From the NCBI GenBank assembly GCA_041320535.1, contig JBGLNH010000001.1, positions 2,106,490 to 2,170,489 on the forward strand: a stretch of 64,000 bases of DNA, read 5' to 3'. The position numbers were made by a program, and so were the translations under genes. Within the stretch, counting starts at the first letter, position 1. Each line of letters begins with the position of its first letter. The notes beneath the pieces are model-generated. The model saw only the letters and a list, made by a program, of their open reading frames with translations, searched no databases and had not been told where the DNA came from. Positions 1 through 9,246 of this stretch are shown piece after piece. This DNA is from Candidatus Aminicenantes bacterium. GTDB taxonomy: Bacteria; Acidobacteriota; Aminicenantia; Aminicenantales; Saccharicenantaceae.

Positions 1-1
1 G

Positions 2-385
2 CAGGACACGATCGTCAAGGGCAACTTCACCCTGAGCCTGGGTCTGCGCTTCGACAAGCAGGCGTCCGGCCAGGGCGCCTACACCCGCGACGCCATCCTG
101 CCCGGCACGCCCGCCTGGGACCGCGTCTTCACATCCGCCACGTCCAGCATCCTCGACCCGATCCTGCCCGACGTCCCGGTCGAGCCCGTCAAGGGCATCG
201 CCCAGGTCGTCGACGGCGAGGACCGGCCCTACCAGTGGAACGTCCTCTCGCCGCGCATCGGCCTGACCTGGGACGTCACCGGCGACGGCAAGACCGTGGC
301 CAAGCTGGCCCTGTCGCAGTACGGCGACATCATGGGCGTCGGCTGGTACACGGCCACCCCCTACGGCACCGGCGGCTCCATGGCC
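2..385 (+). CDS. TonB-dependent-receptor-like outer-membrane beta-barrel protein, internal fragment with no start and no stop
   Basis: Frame-2 translation reads QDTIVKGNFTLSLGLRFDKQ...NVLSPRIGLTWDVTGDGKTVAKLALSQYGD with strong C-ending codon bias. Protein-like sequence ends near 385, where the frame turns Arg/Gly/Pro-rich. Confidence 0.5.
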
Positions 386-392
386 CGCTTCA

Positions 393-521
393 GGCCCGGC
401 CGGGCCGGCCGAGGAGGCCGGCCATGCCGCCGGCGGCCGCGAGGCCCATGGAGACGAAGTGCTGGTGGGCGAGCTCCATCCCGGGCCGGATGCCGTGGGC
501 GCCGTGGCGCTCCCACTACTA
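393..521 (-). other. In-frame continuation of the GH15-like gene after a tandem TAG-TAG (516-521)
   Basis: It is in the same frame as ORF 519..1601. The 41 sense codons WERHGAHGIRPGMELAHQHFVSMGLAAAGGMAGLLGRPGRA carry the host C3 codon bias. The stretch ends at TGA 390-392, next to the inferred junction. Confidence 0.45.
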
Positions 522-1601
522 GCGCCGGTTGGTCAGGAGCCCGGACGGCCCGTGGCGGAACCCGGGCCGGAGCGGGAACGCGGCCGCCCGCTCGATCCTC
601 CTCCAGTTGTCCGCGATGAGGTCGCGGTCGCCCGTCCAGTCGAGATAGGAGCCCAGGGCGAAGAGCAGGACGCCGTTCTGGTCGAACTCGCTCTCCTGCC
701 AGGGGCGGAACCGGCCCGAGTCCATGGTCGCGCCCCGGCCGTCGAGGAGCTCGGTCAGGAGCCGGGAGAACATCGTCCGCGCCAGCGCGGCCTGGCCGGA
801 CATGGCCAGGGCCAGGGCGATGAGGGACTGGTCGCGGACCCACTCGAGGTTGTACTGCCAGATGCCGCCGTCGAGCCGGCCCGAGGCCGAGACCGCGGCC
901 CGGAGCTGGGTCTTGGCGGCCGCGAAGAAGCGGTCGAGGACGCGATCGGAGGAGCTGAAGGAGGCCGTCGCGTCCCAATAGGCCGCCGTCCCGGCCGGCT
1001 CGCCCGGGCCGTCGACGGGACGGAGCCCGACGGAGGGGCTGGCGCCCCGCCTGGAGAGACGGTATTCCAGGAAGACGGATTGAGGGCGCCCGGCCCGGAG
1101 GACGAGGTCGGTCGCGACCGTCCGGCCCCCGGCGCCCGTCTCGATCCGGACGCGCGACGGGGCGGCCGCGGTCCGGGACACCGTGACCCGGCGCATGACC
1201 CTCGCCGACCTGAGGTCCGGGACGAAGAAGAGCTCGGTCACGCGATAGCCGCCGCTCCGCCACTCGACCTCGACGCGCGGGTCGGCGCCCCCGGCCGCCC
1301 ATCGGGCCCGGACACGCGGCCCGCCGGCGCGATGGACCCTGCCGCCGGCCGACAGGGAGACGGCCGTGCGGGCCAGCCCGCCCGCTTCGTCGAACGTCAG
1401 CGCCGCCCGCTTGGGGCCGAACCGCTCGGGGTCCATGATCAGGAGACCGACGGCCGTCGCGCCCTCGGCCGGAGCGACCTGCACGGCGGCCTGGACGAGC
1501 CCGTTCCCGAGGAAGAAATAATCGACGCCGGCGAGGGTCGTCTTTCCGTCGACGGGCCCGCGCGAGGGATCGTCGGAGTAGAAGTGCTCCCGGACCTCCA
1601 T
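519..1601 (-). CDS. Glycoside hydrolase family 15-like (glucoamylase/trehalase-type six-hairpin) protein, N-terminal 360 aa, ended by tandem amber codons
   Basis: ORF track 360 aa. An N-terminal beta-sandwich-like region is followed by GGIWQYNLEWVRDQSLIALALAMSG, the W-x-RD motif context of GH15 catalytic domains. It is far shorter than typical GH15 proteins. Confidence 0.6.
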   Translation of the reverse strand: MEVREHFYSDDPSRGPVDGKTTLAGVDYFFLGNGLVQAAVQVAPAEGATAVGLLIMDPERFGPKRAALTFDEAGGLARTAVSLSAGGRVHRAGGPRVRARWAAGGADPRVEVEWRSGGYRVTELFFVPDLRSARVMRRVTVSRTAAAPSRVRIETGAGGRTVATDLVLRAGRPQSVFLEYRLSRRGASPSVGLRPVDGPGEPAGTAAYWDATASFSSSDRVLDRFFAAAKTQLRAAVSASGRLDGGIWQYNLEWVRDQSLIALALAMSGQAALARTMFSRLLTELLDGRGATMDSGRFRPWQESEFDQNGVLLFALGSYLDWTGDRDLIADNWRRIERAAAFPLRPGFRHGPSGLLTNRR

Positions 1602-1659
1602 GGCGGTGATTATATGTAGAGGGAGGCGTCGAAAGCAACCCGGCCGGGGCCGGCGGGCC

Positions 1660-1860
1660 TCAGGACCGGGTCGGGCCGCGGAGGATGCGGGCGGGCAGGG
1701 TGATCAGGGCCTTGAACAGATCGAAGGCGGCGCTGACCGTGATGCCGAGCAGCCGCAGCGGCAGGAGCAGCAGCCAGACGACGGGGTAGAGCAGGAGGGC
1801 CAGGAGGGCGATCGGCCAGCTGATCACGAGAAGGATGAGCCACAGAAGGAATTTCGTCAT
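1660..1860 (-). CDS. Small integral membrane protein (66 aa, two hydrophobic helices)
   Basis: ORF MTKFLLWLILLVISWPIALLALLLYPVVWLLLLPL... A GGAGAG Shine-Dalgarno-like motif lies just upstream on the minus strand (1866-1872 region). Confidence 0.55.
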   Translation of the reverse strand: MTKFLLWLILLVISWPIALLALLLYPVVWLLLLPLRLLGITVSAAFDLFKALITLPARILRGPTRS

Positions 1861-1922
1861 CGGTCTCTCCTCGCCTGACTATACGGCCGGCCGTCCGGAA
1901 AGGTTCACCCCCCGAGGTTGGC

Positions 1923-3014
1923 TTGCCGCCCCGGACCGGATACAATACGCCCGTGGTCCTCATCAGCGGCATCGCCGTCGTCGACCTGATCGCCAGCGGC
2001 CTCGAGCGGCCGGCCCGCCCCGGCGAGCTGGTTTTCTGCTCGGTCCGGACCTCCCTCGGCGGCCACGCCTGCAACGTCTCGGCCGATCTCGTCCGGCTGG
2101 GCTTCCCCGCGTCCGAGCTGCGGGTCGTCTTCCCGGCCGGGCGCGACCTGTTCGGGGAGTTCCTCGTCCGCCGGCTCGGCGAGCAGGGCCTCCGTGTCGA
2201 GCCGGTCCTCACCGACCGGGCCCCGACCTCGCTCGACCTCATCCTCGTCGCCGGGAACGAGGACCGGCGCTATCACGCCGACCCCGGGGCCAACGTCGAG
2301 ATGGAGGCCGCTCCCGTCCTCGACCTCCTCGAGCGTCACCGGCCGCTCGTCTTTTACGCCGGAGGCGTCGGCCTCCTCGGCCGTTTCGACGCCGCTCTCG
2401 GACGGGTCCTGGGGCGGGCCAAGCGCCTGGGCGCGCTGACGTTCGTCGACGTCGTCAGCCCGTACCGCAAGGGCTGGGCGTTCCTCCGCCGGGCCCTGCC
2501 CTCGACGGACGTCTTCCACTGCAACGGCGACGAGGCCCGGGCCCTCACGGGGGAGCGCGCGCCGGCCGCGGCCGCGCGGGCCATCCGCCGGCTGGGGGCG
2601 GGGAACGTCTTCGTCACGCTGGGGGGAGAGGGGGCCGTGGCCGCCGTTCCCGGGGCCGTCCTCCGCGCCCCCGCCTTCTCCGTCCGGGCGGCCGATCCCA
2701 CGGGCGCCGGCGACGCCTTCTCGGCCGGCCTCGTCATGCGGCTCCACGGTCTTCTCGACGGAGGCCGCCGCGCGGAGGACCTCAGCGCGGAGGATTGGAA
2801 GGGGGCCCTGGTCTACGCCTCCGCGTGCGGCGCCGTCTGCGCGACCGGGATCGGCACGACCACCGCGGTGGAGGGGAAGAAGGTCGAGGCCCTCGTCCGC
2901 GGGCAGGGGAGAGCCCTGGCGCGGAGCGTCGCCTTCGAGCCCGAGGCTCAGGCGCGGGCGAATTCGTCGCGCGCCTCGCGGAGGGCGAGGACGTTGCGGG
3001 GCTCGCAGTCGTAG
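1923..3014 (+). CDS. PfkB-family carbohydrate kinase (ribokinase-like)
   Basis: 363-aa ORF with N-terminal VVLISGIAVVDLI and the C-terminal PfkB signature DPTGAGDAFSAG. The 3' end overlaps the convergent URO-D-like gene. Confidence 0.8.
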   Translation: MPPRTGYNTPVVLISGIAVVDLIASGLERPARPGELVFCSVRTSLGGHACNVSADLVRLGFPASELRVVFPAGRDLFGEFLVRRLGEQGLRVEPVLTDRAPTSLDLILVAGNEDRRYHADPGANVEMEAAPVLDLLERHRPLVFYAGGVGLLGRFDAALGRVLGRAKRLGALTFVDVVSPYRKGWAFLRRALPSTDVFHCNGDEARALTGERAPAAAARAIRRLGAGNVFVTLGGEGAVAAVPGAVLRAPAFSVRAADPTGAGDAFSAGLVMRLHGLLDGGRRAEDLSAEDWKGALVYASACGAVCATGIGTTTAVEGKKVEALVRGQGRALARSVAFEPEAQARANSSRASRRARTLRGSQS

Positions 3015-3979
3015 GCGACGACGCCGCACCCGAACAGGAACCCCGGCTGGCCCTTCGCGGCCTCGAGGACGCGGCGCGCCGCGGCCCGGACCTCCTCCGG
3101 CGTTCCGGTGTGGACGAGACGGGCGTCGACGGAGGCCCGCAGGGCCCGCCCCTCCTCCCGGCACCTCCCGAGGAACAGCGCCAGGTCGGACCCGGCGTCG
3201 CAGAGGAGCTGGCTTGCCCCGGTCCGGATGAGGTCCTCCAGGATCGAGGTCGTGTCGCCGCCGACGATCAGGGGCGTCCAGCGCGCCCCGGCCTGCCGCA
3301 GCGCGGGGACGACGAAGTCGCGGTAGGCCGGCAGGACGAACTCGCGGAAGACCCGCGGCGAGGCCGCCGCCGGGGAGGCTTTGGAGTCGAACACGATCGG
3401 CTCGACGCCGCGCTCGAGGAAGGCCCGGCCGAAGTCGACCGCCGTCCGGGCCGCCCAGTCGACGACCTTGCGGACGAACGCCGGGTCCTCGACCGTGGCG
3501 ACGAGGAGCGCTTCCGAGCCGGCGACGGCCGAGGCCAGCGAGAAGGGCCCGGTCAGGGCGCCGCGGACGACGATCTCTCCCCCCCGGGCCTTCCGGAGCC
3601 GGGCCGCCGCCTCGACGAAGAGGGGCATCCGCCCGTCCCGCGCGGGATCGGGCCGGCCGAGCTTGGCCAGGTCGCCGGGGCCGCCGACGAGCGGCGCGGA
3701 CACGGCCGGCACGTCCGGGCCGGGGCCGAAGTAGCGGACCTCGCAGCCGGCCGCCTCGGCCTCGACGTTGTAGACGTCGACGCCCACGGTGAGGGCGTCG
3801 GGATCGTAGGTTTCGAGCTCCTTCTCCAGGGCCTCGACGAGGAGATCGAGGCTGCGGCAGACCTCGGAGGGCGAGCGGCCGACGAGACGGGCCTTGTGCT
3901 CGTAGACGGCGGGCACGAAGGGGGGCTTGTCGACGGGCTCGAGGGCGCAGGCCCGCTCGAACCGCTCGCGCTTGGTCAT
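2948..3979 (-). CDS. Uroporphyrinogen decarboxylase (URO-D) family protein, MtaA/CmuA-like fold
   Basis: Protein-like sequence starts at ATG 3979 (MTKRERFERACALEPVDKPPFVPAVYE...). The part of the ORF-track entry upstream of that is Arg/Pro-rich junk. The length of 343 aa is typical of the family. Confidence 0.7.
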   Translation of the reverse strand: MTKRERFERACALEPVDKPPFVPAVYEHKARLVGRSPSEVCRSLDLLVEALEKELETYDPDALTVGVDVYNVEAEAAGCEVRYFGPGPDVPAVSAPLVGGPGDLAKLGRPDPARDGRMPLFVEAAARLRKARGGEIVVRGALTGPFSLASAVAGSEALLVATVEDPAFVRKVVDWAARTAVDFGRAFLERGVEPIVFDSKASPAAASPRVFREFVLPAYRDFVVPALRQAGARWTPLIVGGDTTSILEDLIRTGASQLLCDAGSDLALFLGRCREEGRALRASVDARLVHTGTPEEVRAAARRVLEAAKGQPGFLFGCGVVAYDCEPRNVLALREARDEFARA

Positions 3980-4223
3980 AGGAAATCGGGCACGGCCGTG
4001 CCGATGACGACGATGGCGAAGGCGGCCAGGAGAAGGCCGAGGTAATAGAGGAGCTTGCGGAAGACGGCGGCCTTGATCCGCTGCTGCCGGCTGGACACGA
4101 ACCGGACGAGCGAGAGGTACCACCCGAGCGAGCCCGCCCCGACCGCCCCGGTGAAGGCCACGGCCGTCCAGCCCTCCAGCCGGCTGTGGAGCAGGCCCGT
4201 CACGGTGCCGGCGACGGCATCCG
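3976..4223 (-). CDS. Integral membrane protein, C-terminal fragment (N-terminus lost at the junction near 4225)
   Basis: ...ADAVAGTVTGLLHSRLEGWTAVAFTGAVGAGSLGWYLSL...LLYYLGLLLAAFAIVVIGTAVPDFL. Its stop overlaps the start of the URO-D-like gene. No credible start lies before the junction. Confidence 0.45.
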
Positions 4224-6116
4224 CACTACCCGTCCAACCAGCCGCCGCTCGCCCCGAGCCCGCTCGTCAAGCTGCCCATCGGGTCGATCGAGCCGCGCGG
4301 CTGGCTCATGGCCCAGCTCCAGCTCATGCGGGACGGGCTCACCGGCCGGCTGGCGGAGCTCAGCCGCTTCCTCGGCGACGACAGCGGCTGGATCACGCAC
4401 AAGGGCCGGGGCTGGGAAGAGATGCCCTACTGGCTCAAGGGCTACGGCGATCTGGGCTATCTTCTCAAGGACGCCGCCATGCGCAAGGAGACCGAGCGCT
4501 GGCTCCAGCACGCCATCCGCTCCCAGGCCCAGGACGGCTATTTCGGCCCGTCCGACAACCGCGAGGCCCGGGACCTTTGGCCGAACATGGTCATGCTGGC
4601 CGCCCTCCAGAGCTTCTACGAGGCCACCGGCGACCGGCGCGTCCTTTCCCTCATGAGCCGCTATTTCCAGTACGAGTTCCACCTCCCGGCCGGGGACCTC
4701 CTGCCCGGAAGCTGGCAGAAGCTCAGGGGCGGGGAGAACCTCGAGAGCGTCTACTGGCTTTACAACCGCACCGGGGAGAGCTTCCTCCTCGACCTGGCGC
4801 GCAAGCTCTACGCGCGGACCTCGGATTGGGCCTTGCCCATCCTCAGCCCGGCCCGGGACCGCGACTGGGCCGAAAGCTCCTTCTATCACGGCGTCAACAT
4901 CGCCATGGGCTTCCGCTATCCCGCGGTCTTCTATCAGCAGGCCCGCGACGCCGCCCTTCTCGAGGCCGCGGAGCGCAACTACCGCCTGGTCATGGCCCGA
5001 TACGGCCGCCAGCCGGGGGGGATGTTCGGGGCCGACGAGAACATCCGCCCGGGCAAGGAGGACCCCCGGCAGGGGGCCGAGACCTGCACCATGGTCGAGT
5101 TCATGGCCAGCTTCGAATCGCTTCTCAGGATAACGGGGGAGACCGTCTGGGCCGACCGGGCCGAGGAAGTCGCCTTCAATTCGCTGCCCGCGGCGATGAC
5201 GCCCGACCTCAAGGGCCTGCACTACCTCACGGCGGCCAACCTGATCTCCTGCGACGCCGGCGGGGACCACGACTTCCAGAACTCCGGGACCCTCCTCTCT
5301 TTCGATCCCGGGAGCTACCGGTGCTGCCAGCACAACGTCGCCTTCGGCTGGCCGTATTTCGCCGAGCACCTCTGGATGGCCACGGCGGACGGCGGCTTGG
5401 CCGCCGTGATCTACGCCCCCTCGGCCGTCCGGGCCAAGGTCGCCGAAGGGGCGGAGGTCGAGTTCCTCGAGGAGACCTCCTATCCGTTCGAGGACGAGGT
5501 CCGGCTGACCGTGTCGTGCGAGCGGCCCGCCGCGTTCCCTCTCTATCTCAGGCTGCCCGGCTGGTCGAAAGAGGTCCGGATCACGGTCAACGGCGTTCCC
5601 GTCGAGGGCCATTTCCCCGGCGGCCGCTACGCCGTCCTCCGGCGGACCTGGCGGCACGGGGACCAGGTCCGGCTGGAGTTCGGACCGTCGATCGAGATCG
5701 TCTCCTGGCCGTCCGTGCGCGGCGCCGTCTCGGTCCGCCGCGGCCCGCTGTGGTACGCCCTGAGGATCGGCGAGGACTGGCGCAGGTACGGCGGCACGGA
5801 GGCCTGGCCCGCCTTCGAGGTGCTGCCGACGACGGCCTGGAACTACGGCCTGGTCATGGGACCGGGAGACGCGGCCCCGCCCGTCCGGCTGGCCTCGCGG
5901 CGGGCGCCCGCCTATCAGCCGTTCACGGCCGAAGACGCCCCCATCGTCCTCAAGGCCCGGGCCCGCCGCGTCCCCGCCTGGAAAGAGGAGGGGCGCATGG
6001 CCGGGACCGTTCCGGCCAGCCCGGCGGCCGCCGAAGGCCCGGTCGAGGAGATCGAGCTCATCCCCATGGGCTGCGCCCGGCTGAGGATCTCGTCGTTCCC
6101 CGTCGTCAGGGATTGA
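4224..6116 (+). CDS. Glycoside hydrolase family 127-like (DUF1680, beta-L-arabinofuranosidase family), lacking start codon and signal peptide
   Basis: The frame is open upstream of the listed ATG 4308 (..HYPSNQPPLAPSPLVKLPIGSIEPRGWLMAQLQL..). The body (YWLKGYGDLGYLL, QGAETCTMVEFMASF, CCQHNVAFGWPYF) is typical of DUF1680/GH127. Confidence 0.75.
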   Translation, partial: HYPSNQPPLAPSPLVKLPIGSIEPRGWLMAQLQLMRDGLTGRLAELSRFLGDDSGWITHKGRGWEEMPYWLKGYGDLGYLLKDAAMRKETERWLQHAIRSQAQDGYFGPSDNREARDLWPNMVMLAALQSFYEATGDRRVLSLMSRYFQYEFHLPAGDLLPGSWQKLRGGENLESVYWLYNRTGESFLLDLARKLYARTSDWALPILSPARDRDWAESSFYHGVNIAMGFRYPAVFYQQARDAALLEAAERNYRLVMARYGRQPGGMFGADENIRPGKEDPRQGAETCTMVEFMASFESLLRITGETVWADRAEEVAFNSLPAAMTPDLKGLHYLTAANLISCDAGGDHDFQNSGTLLSFDPGSYRCCQHNVAFGWPYFAEHLWMATADGGLAAVIYAPSAVRAKVAEGAEVEFLEETSYPFEDEVRLTVSCERPAAFPLYLRLPGWSKEVRITVNGVPVEGHFPGGRYAVLRRTWRHGDQVRLEFGPSIEIVSWPSVRGAVSVRRGPLWYALRIGEDWRRYGGTEAWPAFEVLPTTAWNYGLVMGPGDAAPPVRLASRRAPAYQPFTAEDAPIVLKARARRVPAWKEEGRMAGTVPASPAAAEGPVEEIELIPMGCARLRISSFPVVRD

Positions 6117-6140
6117 CACTCTTTTGGGGCATCCTATATA
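6113..6140 (+). promoter_or_regulatory. Sigma-70-type promoter for mscL (TTGACA-N16-TATATA)
   Basis: TTGACA at 6113-6118 and TATATA at 6135-6140. AAGGAGG at 6162-6168 precedes ATG 6174. Confidence 0.55.
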
Positions 6141-6173
6141 TAAGGGGCAGGAACGAATTCCAAGGAGGTCCGG

Positions 6174-6578
6174 ATGTTCAAAGAGTTCAAAGAGTTCGCC
6201 ATGCGCGGCTCCGTCCTGGACATGGCCGTCGGCATCATCATCGGCGCGGCCTTCGGGTCCATCGTCTCGTCGCTCGTCGCCGACATCCTCATGCCGCCCA
6301 TCGGCCTGGCCCTCGGCAAGGTCGACTTCGCCAACCTCGTCATCCGCCTGTCCGAGACGGTCACGATCAACTACGGCAAGTTCATCAACGCGGTCATCAG
6401 CTTCCTGATCGTCGCTTTTTCGCTGTTCCTGGTCATCCGGGCGATGAACCGGCTGAAGAGGAAAGCCGAGGCCCCCGCCGCGCCCGCCGCCCCGGCGACG
6501 AAGGACTGTCCCTTCTGCGCCACGGCCGTCCCGATCAAGGCGGTCCGCTGCCCCCACTGCACCTCCGACCTGAGATAG
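6174..6578 (+). CDS. mscL: Large-conductance mechanosensitive channel MscL with a C-terminal CxxC...CxxC tail
   Basis: [44 protein letters not shown] is the canonical MscL N-terminus and TM1. The tail reads [24 protein letters not shown]. Confidence 0.9.
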   Translation: MFKEFKEFAMRGSVLDMAVGIIIGAAFGSIVSSLVADILMPPIGLALGKVDFANLVIRLSETVTINYGKFINAVISFLIVAFSLFLVIRAMNRLKRKAEAPAAPAAPATKDCPFCATAVPIKAVRCPHCTSDLR

Positions 6579-6606
6579 CGCTCCGTCCCGCGCGTCGCTG
6601 CGGACC

Positions 6607-7740
6607 TTGACCTCCAAAGAGCGGATGGCCGCCGCCATGACGGGCGGGCGACCCGACCGGGTGCCCGTCATGTGCCAGATGAGCGTCGGCCACATGCTGC
6701 TGCAGAGCGGCGTCCGTCCGGCCGCTTTCTGGCACGACGCCGGCGCCTTCGCCGACGTTCTCCTGGCGATGCGGGAGCGATACGCCTTCGACGGCATCCT
6801 CGTCAGCCTCCACGGCCATCGGCCCGGCTGGGAGAGGCTCGTGGCCGGCGCCAGGCGCGGCCCGGACGGGGAGACCGTCCGCTGGAGATCGGGCGGATCG
6901 ACCTTCTTCCCCCCGGACGACCTGCCCGTCGACCGTCCGGACGGCGCGCCCGGGCCTCCGGAATTCGCCCGCTTCGATCCGGCCTCGCTGCCCGGGCGCA
7001 TCGCCTACATCCCGGTCTCCCAGGGCCTGCGCTTCGCCCTCGATCCGGACCGCCTCTTCGACGCGGTCTCCATGGTCCTCGGGCGGGCCGGGCAGGAGCG
7101 CTCCGTCCACGGAGAGGTGACCTCGCCCCTCGACTACTATCTTGACCTCTTCGGCTTCGAGCCGGCCATGATCGGCTGTCTCGAGGACCCCGGCCGGGCC
7201 CGGGCGGTCCTCGGGCGGTTCACGGACGGCCTCGTCGAGCTCGCCGAAGGCCTCGCCGCGACCGGGGTCGACGCGGTCAAGATCTCGTCGCCGTTCGCCG
7301 GCGCGGGCTTTCTGTCGAGGCCGTTCTACCGGCGGTTCGTCCTGCCCTTCGAGTCCCGGATCGCGCGGGCCATCGAAGCCCGCGGCGCTCGGGCCTACCT
7401 CCACACCTGCGGCGACGTCCACGACCGCCTGGAGCTCATGGCCGATTCGGGCGCCTCGGGGATCGAGTGCCTCGACCCGCCGCCGCTCGGGCGGGTCGAA
7501 CTCGCGGACGCCAAGGCCCGCGTCGGCGGCCGGGTCTTCATCAAGGGCAACATCGATCCCGTGCACGTTCTCCTCGCGGGCGACGAGGAGGCGGTCCGGG
7601 CCGACGCCCGCCGCAGGATCGCCGTCGGAAAACCCGGCGGCCGCTACATCCTGAGCAGCGCCTGCTCGATCGCGCCGCGCACGCCTGCCGCCAACGTCGC
7701 CGTCCTGAGCGAGATCGCCGAGGCCTGCGGCGCGTATTGA
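6607..7740 (+). CDS. Uroporphyrinogen decarboxylase (URO-D) family protein, second paralog
   Basis: 377-aa ORF with MAAAMTGGRPDRVPVMCQMSVGHM..., ...AYLHTCGDVHDRLELMADSGASGIECLDP and ...GRYILSSACSIAP. The start could be TTG 6607 or ATG 6625. Confidence 0.7.
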   Translation: MTSKERMAAAMTGGRPDRVPVMCQMSVGHMLLQSGVRPAAFWHDAGAFADVLLAMRERYAFDGILVSLHGHRPGWERLVAGARRGPDGETVRWRSGGSTFFPPDDLPVDRPDGAPGPPEFARFDPASLPGRIAYIPVSQGLRFALDPDRLFDAVSMVLGRAGQERSVHGEVTSPLDYYLDLFGFEPAMIGCLEDPGRARAVLGRFTDGLVELAEGLAATGVDAVKISSPFAGAGFLSRPFYRRFVLPFESRIARAIEARGARAYLHTCGDVHDRLELMADSGASGIECLDPPPLGRVELADAKARVGGRVFIKGNIDPVHVLLAGDEEAVRADARRRIAVGKPGGRYILSSACSIAPRTPAANVAVLSEIAEACGAY

Positions 7741-7811
7741 GTTGCATCACGTCCCCGCCTTGGGTTATAAGACACTTTCGGGCCGCCGGGCCGGTCCGGT
7801 GAGAGGCCGTC

Positions 7812-7983
7812 ATGAAAAAGATCGCCGTGTTGGGCTCGGGCATGGTCGGGCGGATCATGGCCCTCGATCTCTCCAGGGACTTCGATGTCGCCGCCTACGA
7901 CGTCAGCCCGGAGAACCTGGCCGCGCTCTCCGGGTCGGCCGTCCGGCCGGTCCTGGCCGACCTCTCGTCGCCCGGCGCCCTGA
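7812..7983 (+). CDS. Saccharopine dehydrogenase-like NAD(P)-binding protein, N-terminal ~57 aa only
   Basis: MKKIAVLGSGMVGRIMALDLSRDFDVAAYDVS carries a GxGxxG Rossmann start. The sequence becomes Arg/Pro junk after ..ADLSSPGAL at ~7983. Confidence 0.55.
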
Positions 7984-9246
7984 GAGGGCCAGGTCGACGA
8001 CCTCCCCGGCGTTCTCCGGGGCCAGGATCTGGACGGACGGCCGGTCGACGTCGAGATCGCTCGTCGTGCGAACGACGCCGACCCGCCCGTCGCTCATCGA
8101 GACGAGCGTCCCGACCGGCCAGACCCCCATGAACGAGAAGAACTTGTCCAGCAGCTGGGGATCGAAGATCTTGCCCCGTTCGAGCATCATCAGCTCGTGG
8201 ATCTTCTCGGGCGGGTAGTCCTTCTTGTAGGACCGCTTGAGGGCCAGGGCGTCGTAGACGTCGCAGATGCTGACCATCATGGAGGCCGGGTGGGGCTTGC
8301 GGTGGTAGGGCGACCGGGGGTAGCCCGTCAGGTCGTAGCGGAGGTGGTGCTCGTAGGAGACGACGATGGGCAGGACGCCCAGGGCGTCCTTGTAGCCGTC
8401 GAGGATCCGGGCCCCGAGGAGGGGGTGGTTGCGGACCTGGCCGAACTCTCCCTCGGACAGCTTGTCCTTCTTCTGGATGACCTGGAGCGAGATGTAGAGC
8501 TTGCCGATGTCGTGGTAGAGCGCGGCGATGCCCAGGTCGAGGACGTCCTCCTTGGCGAACTGGAGCTTGGAGGCGAAGAACATCGAGAGCAGCGTGACGT
8601 TGAGGAGGTGGACGAAGGTCACGAGGTCGCGCCGCTTGACCGAGACCAGGTTGAGGAGCTCCTGGTGCCGGCCGACGAAGTCCTCCATGATGCCCAGGAT
8701 GTTGAAGCGCAGGTCGAGGTAGTCGACCTCCTCCTTCTCCAGGACGACGTTGAGGGCGTTGGAGACCGTCTGGACGGACGACTCGTAGCGGGCCCGCGTC
8801 TCCTCGGCCTCGGCGGCGGCGCTCTCGCCCTTGACCATGGTCCGCAGCTTCCCGGCCCGGATGTTCTGGATGCCGTGGAGCGTGAAGTACTCCTGCTCGC
8901 TGATCTTCTCCTGCCTCTTCACCCGGGTCAGGAAGATGATGAACTCGCGGAGCTCCTCGAAGCGCAGGCCCTGCTGGAAGATGATGCGCTCGACGCCGTT
9001 CTTCTCCAAAAAATCGATGAGCAGGCCGAGCTTGCCCCTGAGGTGGAAGAAGATCTCGTCCTCCCAGGCCGCCTCGCCGCCGATGATGCCCAGGACGAGC
9101 TCCTTGCGGTCCTCGAGGATCTCCTGGACGAGGCCGTGGAGGCGCCCCAGGTACTCCTTGAACTTGGGATGGTCGCCGGTGTAGATCTTGCCGGCCTGGA
9201 TGGCGTTCATCAGGTAGATGAAGCAGATCTTGATCTTATCGCGCAC
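7984..9246 (-). CDS. HD-GYP domain cyclic-di-GMP phosphodiesterase-like protein (natural stop missing at junction)
   Basis: AALYHDIGKLY and EHHLRYDLTGYP (HD...GYP) motifs. GTG 9246 overlaps the upstream gene's stop, and ATG 9210 is an alternative start. The C-terminus ..RPSVQILAPENAGEVVDLAL runs straight into the junction. Confidence 0.8.

Noticed and set aside
516-521. Genome-wide TAG reassignment as the explanation for the tandem amber codons.
   Set aside because: All other well-supported genes in the window are intact under the standard code. Several, such as the TPR protein at 25181-25183 and the radical SAM gene at 25187-25189, terminate naturally at TAG.
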